59,695 nt of DNA from Octopus bimaculoides. Its lineage: Eukaryota. Numbering within the stretch: position 1 is the first letter of the stretch; every line of letters starts with the position of its first letter. Below are positions 51,395 to 59,695 of this stretch, in pieces. The position numbers and the translations under genes are program-made. The stretch covers positions 26,961,396 to 27,021,090 of the forward strand of contig NC_068997.1 in NCBI RefSeq assembly GCF_001194135.2. Reading direction: 5' to 3'. Below the pieces are notes generated by a model that was not told the origin of the DNA, ran no database searches, and saw nothing but the letters and a program-made list of their open reading frames with translations.

Positions 51395-54300
51395 TCATTT
51401 GTTGCTTTCCTCACTATCAGCTGTTCCCTCTGAAGTAGCCTCAGTGCTGTCCTTCACACCGTTCCACTGCTCAGCTTGCAAGGCATTATTTGGAGACACA
51501 GTTGTCTCTTTCTCTGTCGCTGCCTCTGATTCTGAAAGAGAAGATAACAGCAATACAAGTTGAAAGTAAATTTCATTGGTCGACTCCCTAATGAAAAACG
51601 CTAACTCAGGAGAGAAAACTAGTAGCTTTCTTTTTTTTTCTTCTTTTTTTTTAAGGTTGGGAAGAGGGAGGGAGGAGGTGGCAGGGGAGGGAAACGGGTT
51701 AAACAACTATGTTGTTAGTTATATTATTATTATTATTATATATATATACATATATATATAATGTTAATAGAAAAAAAATCTGAGTGAAGATATATCAATT
51801 TGCCTAATAGTAGTAATGTTAAACTATAATAATGATAATAATAATAAATATTAATAGTGGGCTATGTACAGTTAACATTCAGAGAGTTCCTGTCCTCAAC
51901 ACCTTACAACAAAAACTGTTTTGTTTTTTGTGGTTTTGTTTGTTTGTTTGTTTGTTAGTTGGTCGTTTTTTTTTTTGTTGTTTCCAAAATAAAAAAAAAA
52001 GAAAAGAAAAAAAAGTAATCAGGTTTTTTCAAAATAATCCCCCTCACAATCTATACAAGTTTTCATTCTTTTAAACCAATTTGAAAAACACTGAGTCCAT
52101 TCAAAATTGGACAGTTGAGACATTTGGTTGACCAGTGCCTGGACAGCTTCTTCGGGGCTCTCAAATCGGATGCCCCTCAGCTTTTCTTTCACTTTGGAGA
52201 ACAAAAAATAATCACAAGGTGACAGATCAGGGCTAGAGTCAGGGTGAGAGATTATCTGTACGTGGTTTTCAGCTAGCAAGTCGAGTGTTGCTGCAGCAGT
52301 ATTGATACGAGTGTCATCATGGTGGAGGAGAATGCCCCGGAGACCAGAGTCTGGGCGCTTCAATTTGATTGCTTCAAACAACTGGGGTAAACACTTGGTC
52401 ACGTACCACTGTGCACTGACTATTTCCCTGTCTGTCAAAGACGTGGTCACTAGATAACCACTTCTTTGGAAATAAGTTGCCATCATTGTTTTCCCAACAC
52501 TTCGAGGCCTTTTCAGTTTTAAAGGAGGGTCTTCATCTGGAAAGACCCAAACAGAAGCCTGCCGTTTTGTTTCAGGTTCATATTGATAAAGCCAAATCTG
52601 GTCTTCTACAACAATATCCCAGACCTTAGGAGAACCTCCATTTTCAAATTTTTTCAGCATATAATGACACCATTCCACTCGAGCCTGCTTTTGCATTTCA
52701 TTAAGAGTTTGTGGAATCCAACAGCAACTATGCTGTTTTAAATGCATATGATTCTGTAGAATCCATTTGACATTTCCTGATCCAATGCTTAAGGTACCTT
52801 CTATTTCTTTAGGTGTCACTCTTTTATCACTATTCAACATTGCCTCTATAACTTCAATATTTTCAGCGAGTATTGAAGCGTTTGGGCGGCTAGTTCTTTG
52901 GTCATCTTCCAAATCTTCTTTACCACGTCTAAATTCTCCAAACCAGAATTTAACTGTACTGTAAGAGGGACTTAAATCCTGAAATAATCGATACAAAATT
53001 TCATGACTGTCAGCTGCACTTTTCCCTTTCGAGTAATGCAGGAACATCATGGCTCGAAAATTTCTTCTCTGCAGTTTCATGGTGAATACTGAAAGATTAG
53101 TCTGCTGCTTAACTTTGTCAAGCTCTGAAATGAGAATGAAGAATGAGAGAAGGCTGAAAGCTCAGCTTGTCTTATAGACAATAACGACAATTTAGGAACA
53201 GTAAAGATTTGACAAGGTGTTGAATTGAGGAACTGTCTGATGGTGATTTCTTGAAGCATTCTTCCTTTTCTTTTTTTTTTATTTTCTGGGGGGAAGGGGG
53301 AATTATAGAAGAGAGATAGAGAGAGAGAGAAAGAGAGAGAGACAGAGAGAAAGAAAGAAAGAAAGAGAAAAAACAAAATACAAAGAAATCAATATAAAGT
53401 GAAGTACTTTGTCATTGTTATCTGAAAGCAGCCAAAACAAAAGAACAAAAACAAAAAAGTGCATGACATGACAAATGTACAAGAAACCAAAACCAAAAAC
53501 ATCAGCTCCTTAAAACTAACAAAACATTATAGAAATAATGACTTCAATAGGATGACTTTTATTTATTGTTTTGCTTGGCTGAAGAAGAAAGGGCAGTACC
53601 CATAATCTTCACAGACTCTTACAGACTGGAGAGATAAATACTGTTGATGATCAGTAGGAACTCGTATAAGTGGATATTTGTTTAAAAACATCTGGAGAGA
53701 AAATACTGGGTTCACTACAGTGTTTGTAAGTGAGAGGTAGAGACAGTGATAGCAGGGAAGGAGGAGCAGAAGAGAGGTAGAGAGGTGGTGCACTAGTGGT
53801 ACACAGCCTGCTAATTTAGAGTAGGAGAGAGAGAGAGAGAGAGAGTAAGTGTATGTGAATGTGTGCCCTAGTGATCATGCAGTGTTGAACCTAGTTGTAT
53901 AAAAACAATATAGTATGTATTGGTTAAGAACTGATGATGAAATAGTTTTTAGTTCAAGGAAGGAAGTTAGTTGAGTAAACAGTAACTTGCAATGTTAATT
54001 AAAATGGGAAAAACTTGAGTTACATCTGGAGACAAGGTATTTCATCAAAAATTAAAACGACAAAAACACAAACTGTTTTATTTTGAAACAATTAGATATT
54101 TTCAATTGCATGATTTCTGTAACAAGAGAGAGAGTGAGAGAGAGAGAGAGAATCAACCATTTGGTTGTGTCAAAGTTCAACCATGGTTGAACAACAACAA
54201 AATAATAAGTAGTAGGTCTGATTATTATACTACCTTAAATGGAGAGCCACACTTAGCACTGACAAACATTTTGCCCACAGTCAAATCATCTCAAATCTAA

Positions 54301-55177
54301 CCTCCTTGTATCAGACATATAAGGTAAGGCGATCATGCATTTAGAGAGAAAATACAGTTTAAATGGATAGGGTGTCTTTTTAAAAATCAGAATGGAACAC
54401 AGAATGAATGAGAAAAAAGAGGCCCCTCTTCCCCAGCACGGTCTGTGCATGTGTGACTACCAACCTACCTGTAGTGGCTGGATTGAGAGAAAGAAAGAGA
54501 AAGAGAGACTCTCAATAGTTTGGGTGTGTAACTAACAACCTACCTGAAGTGGCTGGATTATCAGGTTTGGTTTCTGAAGCTTCAGAAGCAGCAGAAACAG
54601 GAGGAGCAGTAGGGGTGTCTGTAGTGGTGGTGGTGGTAGTGGTGATGGTGGCGGCGGCAGTGGTGGTAGTAGTGATGGCGGTGGTAGCAGTGGTGGCAGT
54701 GGTTGGGGTAGTGGTGATGGCAGCAGCAGCAGCAGTAGTAGTAGTGGTAGTAGTAGTAGTAGTAGTAGTATCAACAGTAGTAGAAGTGGTTGTAGTAGCA
54801 ATGGGGGAAGCTGAAAGGGCAGGAGCTGGCGATGATGAAGGAGGGGGTGGAGTAGGTGTCTTCTCACTGGTGGCTGTTGTCTCCTCACTGTCCCCACTGA
54901 CAGTGNNNNNNNNNNNNNNNNNNNNNNNNNNNNNNNNNNNNNNNNNNNNNNNNNNNNNNNNNNNNNNNNNNNNNNNNNNNNNNNNNNNNNNNNNNNNNNN
55001 NNNNNNNNNNNNNNNNNNNNNNNNNNNNNNNNNNNNNNNNNNNNNNNNNNNNNNNNNNNNNNNNNNNNNNNNNNNNNNNNNNNNNNNNNNNNNNNNNNNN
55101 NNNNNNNNNNNNNNNNNNNNNNNNNNNNNNNNNNNNNNNNNNNNNNNNNNNNNNNNNNNNNNNNNNNNNNNNNNNNN

Positions 55178-55223
<46 letters not shown>

Positions 55224-58200
55224 GAAAAGGAAAAATACAATAAAAATGAGAAAACCAGAAAATTCAAGTTAGAAATAAAAGAGTGAAACTACTGTTACCT
55301 CAATATTTTGGCCAATATAGCCTTCATCATGAACAGAGAGTGAAACATTGTTGTGATCTGTGGAGATTGGTATTAACCAAAATGCTTATTTCTTTTTTAA
55401 TATAACACTACAGATCTTTCTTTGTCACAACGCTCCCACAACTCCATCTATGCAGGTCAAAATGACATTTCATTTTCCTTCTGATCATGATTTGGGCCTT
55501 GCAAGGCCAAAACATTGAAATTTATAAAGTAAAAGAGCAAAGCATTGATTTTGTTTTCATTCCTTTATTTTTGAGGTGTATAGTTGTGCTTTCCTAAATT
55601 TTAATGACCACTGCATTAATATAATTAGTGTTGCTTTGTTTTTCAAGACTCATGTTGAAGCACAATGTAATGAGATTAATTATTGAACACATGAATAGCT
55701 GTGCTGAAATACTGCCCCCAAGAAGAATAAGTTCAAATTTTACTACCCCCATGGTACTACTCAAAACCAAACTCCTAATATAATGCACCACATATACAAG
55801 TTTCATCCCCATTTAACATTTGCTTTCCATGCTGGCCTGAGCTGGTGAGCCAGAAGACTGCGCCATGATCCACTACCTGCTTTGGCATGTTTTCTACAGC
55901 TGGATGCCTTTTACGTAGTACCAGTAAGGTCACCATGTAATTCGCAAGACAGGACCCCTCAACTGAGGGAGAGTGCTTAGTGCCAGGTGAAGTGAGGTTA
56001 AAGTATAAGAGATGTATAGAAACAAGTGTCTTGCTGCTGTAAAGATACACAGGTACCCCAGTTGGAAGAGAGATGGTGACGAAGATATGTGAGAGCAGTT
56101 TATATTGGAAAAATCTCAACTGCTTATATTATAGCTATTTTCAAGTGATACAGACACATGTGCACCATCAACATCATTTTACAACTGCTTTTTTGGCTAG
56201 TATCATAGGTTAAGTCCAAGTCAGTTCTCTTATACAGCCAGGGGACCACATCTTACATGTGTTTCATTTTAGGCAAGGTTTGCTGTCACCTCCCACTTTA
56301 CAGTGTACTGGGTACCAGACTAGAGAAGTTGCCATGTCGTTGACAAGCCAAAAGGATCTGCATAACCCATAATTCCATAGTACCTCTGCTCATTGGTTTT
56401 TTTTTTAAGCGCGTACTGATTGCAATTTATTGTAACACTGGAACTAACAAGGTTGCGCAGTATTTCTGTAAAACTAGAGTCCTCACCACTGTCGAGTAAC
56501 AAGAGTGAGAGAAGGTAAACAGAAAAGAAAGCAATGACAGAAGCAGTATTAGTGAATGAAGGAAGACGGAATATGAACTAAGTGATTAGAAAGAGAGTTT
56601 AGGAGGATAGAGAGAGAGAGAGGGATGACTGAGGTGAGAAAGGAAGAATAAAAGAGGAAGGCAAGCAATAGATGTACTACACAAAAGCCAGTATGATCAT
56701 CAATTTTATATTCAGATTTTCATGCTGGCCATGAATGGAACACAGTTTACAGTAGTCTTCAACAGCCGGATGCTCTTACAGCTGCTAACCCTTACTTGAA
56801 ATTCCACTGGTTTTTGCACATTGAAACTGTCAAGTGATAGAATGTCTTGTTTAGAGATGTACATAGACATATGCATGGGTCAGATGGAATTTGTTGAGGA
56901 AGATATTCTATGGTCAGATGCCCTTTCCTGTTGCCAACCCTTACTTGCTTCCAAGTAAGGTAATATTTTCCCATGGCCAGATATGTGCTTTACAAGACTG
57001 GAAACAAACATCATTGCTTGTATGACTGCGATGTTCATTTACAGACATCATATGATGTCAAGACACAGGTATGTACACAGACACACATATATGCATTTAC
57101 ATGTATATATATGATGGGTTTCTTTCAGTTTCTGTCCACCAGATACACCCATAAGGCTTTGGTCAGCTCGGGTCTATATAAAACACTTACCCAAGGTGAT
57201 GTGTAGAGGATTGAACCTGAAACCACATGGTTAGGAAGTAAGCTTCTTAAACACACAAACCCACCTACTCCTTTATATGAAGGCAAAACAAAAGAATCAG
57301 ATATGTTTTGTTGCAGTAATATATATTTCATCATTAGTAGTGTAGTGTCACTTAAAAAAAGAGGTATTTGGAATTACTTGAGCCACATTTGCAGTGATAA
57401 AAACATCTGTGGATGTTGCTAAAGGTTAAAATTTTAACAGCTGTTAGGCACAATAGGAGTAAGAATATAAGATTTGCTCTGCCCCATCTCGAAAAACTAT
57501 CGTTTCAATGGAAAATTATAAGAGTATATTCAATGTGACATACCTCAGTGACCTGTGGCAGCTGGGAAGGATTTTCAGTTTTATCAGATTCATTTACAGG
57601 GGTTTCTGGAGGTGCTGAAGAGGGTTCTTCAGTCGTCGTTGATGGCTGTGAAAAATATAAAAGCAACATAGAATACAAAGTGATGTAATTAATTTCAGTA
57701 AAGCAATCGTAACCATGAAAATTTATCGATTCTAACTGTACAATGTTTTTTATGAAGTATAACAGATACAACAATTCTGTTCATCATTTCAACATCTACT
57801 TTTCCATGTTTACATGGGTCAAATGGGATTCATTGAGGCAGATTTCCTATGGCTGGATGCCTGTCCTGTTGCCATCCCATGCCTTTTTCTAAGCAAGTTA
57901 ATATTTCCTCATGGCCAGACAAGTTTTTCACAGAAAACTGGAAACACACGTAAAAACACGACACTTATTTGCAAACATCAATTGATGTCATGACATGGGT
58001 GCTCTCTCTCTCTCACACTCGCACGCGCGCATACACACACACACACTAAAAACCTAAGCCTCAATGCCAAGATAATAAATCTACTGCAAACACAAAGACA
58101 ATACCAAATCAGAAATAACAAATATACCGCAGGTGGTGTAGTTGATTCTGAAGTTGAAACAGGAGTCTTCGGTTCTGGAAGTGGATCAGGCTCTTCTGTT

Positions 58201-59037
58201 TTCAACACTGCAGCAGGTGCTGCTGGTGTTACTGGCGTTTCTAATTCTTCTTCCTCTTTATTCACTTCAGATGGTTCGGGTTTATCACTTGATGTAGAAT
58301 CCTATAGAGATAAAGTCAGCAAAATAAAATGTCTGACTGACAATGGTAGTGAAGAAACAATACTGTTGGCTATTAGCAGTTAATACAACAACACTGTACT
58401 ATCAATTTATAACTAAGACTAGCAAAGTTGATCAACATATTTGCTACCATCACTTATTAGGATGGCAACACAAATAAAGAGGTTACAAATTCAAAATTGA
58501 TAAATCTGAAATGTTTTACACTGGAATGGAAAAAGGATTAAATTGAAACAAAATTAAACTTTATCTCACTTTCAATTTAAAAATAAGTTTTATTCATCTG
58601 AAATTAAGAAATTGGGAATGTAGAGGTTTCCCCTTTATCAAGAAATTAACAGCAACAAGATTTCTATAAGTTCTAATTACCACATTGCTCTTTGATTCTT
58701 CAATTTCCATTTTCTCAACTGTGTCACATTTTTCTTCGTCTTTAGGTTTTGTGGAAATCTCACTCTCCTGCATGTCCAAATCTGGTGGGCCAGGCGTTGC
58801 TGCTGATGAACTTCCAGGAGTGGCAGGTGACATACTGGAAGCAACTGGGGGTGTTGGCGTTGACGGAGGTTGCTGTGGTGATGATGACAATGGTAACTGC
58901 TGATGTAAAGCAGCAGCAGTCTTTGCCTGTTGCTGTTGTTGCAGAAACTGTGCATGCCGTTGACGAAGCTCTTCCTTGACTTTTGCAAGCATATTAGCAA
59001 ATACTTCATCTGTGATCTGTGGTTTGCTTTCACACAG
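51395..59037 (-). CDS. SMARCE1: Probable SMARCE1/BAF57 (SWI/SNF HMG-box subunit), 3' exons of the native isoform; 5' part lies beyond the window end
   Basis: Exons: 58681-59037, 58128-58301, 57544-57645, 54544->54905 (acceptor hidden in the N-gap), and terminal 51395-51531. The first visible exon starts in phase 0 with LCESKPQITDEVFANMLAKVKEELRQR. This resembles the post-coiled-coil segment of SMARCE1 as recalled (human ELKR|LCGLKVEVD with an intron at the same position; Drosophila BAP111 HCKPAVDEETFQKM), followed by an acidic, disordered tail. The exon structure is well supported; gene identity rests on this short segment only. Confidence 0.68.
52019..53080 (-). CDS. Mariner (D,D34D) transposase-derived ORF, 353 aa, uninterrupted; candidate alternative terminal exon of the SMARCE1-like gene (exon from 53124 or 53088)
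   Basis: Two HTH regions (RAMMFLHYSKG...SYSTVKFWFGEFRRG; DKRVTPKEIEGTLSIG), WIPQTL (WVPHEL-like), triad D160, D255, D290 with 34-residue spacing, SPDLSPCDYFLF, and a C-terminal WFKRMKTCIDCEGDYFEK. No TIRs are recognisable. Confidence 0.95.
   Translation of the reverse strand: MKLQRRNFRAMMFLHYSKGKSAADSHEILYRLFQDLSPSYSTVKFWFGEFRRGKEDLEDDQRTSRPNASILAENIEVIEAMLNSDKRVTPKEIEGTLSIGSGNVKWILQNHMHLKQHSCCWIPQTLNEMQKQARVEWCHYMLKKFENGGSPKVWDIVVEDQIWLYQYEPETKRQASVWVFPDEDPPLKLKRPRSVGKTMMATYFQRSGYLVTTSLTDREIVSAQWYVTKCLPQLFEAIKLKRPDSGLRGILLHHDDTRINTAAATLDLLAENHVQIISHPDSSPDLSPCDYFLFSKVKEKLRGIRFESPEEAVQALVNQMSQLSNFEWTQCFSNWFKRMKTCIDCEGDYFEKT
54469..54477 (-). CDS. Candidate 9-nt frame-preserving microexon of the SMARCE1-like gene
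   Basis: CT-rich tract, then ...AATCCAG|CCACTACAG|GTAGGT. Phase 1 to phase 1, adding Ala-Thr-Thr. Confidence 0.4.
55798..56090 (-). mobile_element. Family C RTE-tail element
   Basis: Matches 14452-14740 and 33763-33955. Confidence 0.65.
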
Positions 59038-59391
59038 CTACAACAAGAATCAGAATCATTTACTTAAATAGCTAATACAAGTCAATAAACACATCCAATA
59101 AATATGAAAGATATTTTACAAAATTTTACATTATTTTCAAAATTAATTCGAACAAAATCTAAGTTGATACTACTCTGTACAAAAGCAGTCTTCACTACCA
59201 TTTCAACATCAAGTAGCTAATAAACAGAAAGTGTAACTAGAAGTAAAAAGATCCTTTGTTCAAGCCGTATACAAAATGTTCAAATTTCTATGGACCCACA
59301 CCTAAAAGAAATGCAATAATTCTAAGATGGAAATATGGTTGAGGAATAATTAAAAAATGGTGAACGAAGTATTGAGTCTTTTTTTTCTTAA

Positions 59392-59695
59392 CCCTTTCGT
59401 TACCAAACCGCCCAAAGCCGCCCGAAAAAAATTTTGGTTCATGTGACCAAGCCGCCCAAAACCGCCCGTAATCACCTATTCATATTTAAATGAGAATATC
59501 TGAGCAAATCTCGTTAGTACATTCGTGAAAACACGTGATTATTTGTGTAAACAGTTCAGCTATAGTTTTGTACGACGATCAACGTGTTTTTTTAATTTTG
59601 TGAATTTTGGGAGATTTTTTTCCAAATTTGTTCCTGTTGTGTTTTCAAAATTTGTAATCCTGACAAAAAAATGGATACGAATTTTATTCTGTCAA
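59392..59695. mobile_element. piggyBac-type element terminus, continuing beyond the window
   Basis: TTAA|CCCTTTCGTTACCAAACCGCCC with repeated CCAAA(G)CCGCCC subterminal motifs. Confidence 0.7.

Noticed and set aside
54549-55286. + strand poly-Val/Ala ORF
   Set aside because: It is the antisense shadow of the Thr-rich coding exon, extended through Ns.
55299-55357. Possible 59-nt exon (DHNNVSLSVHDEGYIGQNIE) in the SMARCE1-like intron
   Set aside because: It needs a phase-1 upstream donor, but the preceding identified exon ends in phase 0 and no bridging exon was found.

Overview
AT-rich, intron-rich animal genomic DNA. It is inferred to be octopus (coleoid cephalopod) from the tRNA-derived SINE families, the dense (TA)n/(GATA)n microsatellites and the gene content. 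There are six N-gaps (13749-14242, 24581-24729, 33171-33511, 46479-46488, 49534-49915, 54906-55178). Four spliced genes were reconstructed by hand with consistent splice phases: (1) the first coding exon of DENND11/LCHN (- strand, 7871-8090); (2) a complete 9-exon, 570-aa ankyrin-repeat DHHC palmitoyltransferase (- strand, 15540-31915); (3) a complete 12-exon, 618-aa LARP7 (+ strand, 34227-45110), head-to-head with gene 2; (4) the 3' half of a probable SMARCE1/BAF57 (- strand, 59037 down to 51395). The main discovery is an uninterrupted 353-aa D,D34D mariner transposase ORF (52019-53080) in the last intron of the SMARCE1-like gene. It is on the same strand, has no recognisable TIRs, and is preceded by splice acceptors that are in frame with the host phase-1 donor. 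This predicts an alternatively spliced BAF57-mariner host-transposase fusion protein. A 9-nt microexon that appears to have arisen by local duplication lies just upstream. The rest of the window is SINEs, decayed LINEs (RTE, L1/Tx1, R4/Dong), Tc1/mariner remnants, hAT and piggyBac MITEs, a probable solo LTR, and tandem repeats. All splice models are sequence predictions; no transcript evidence was available.
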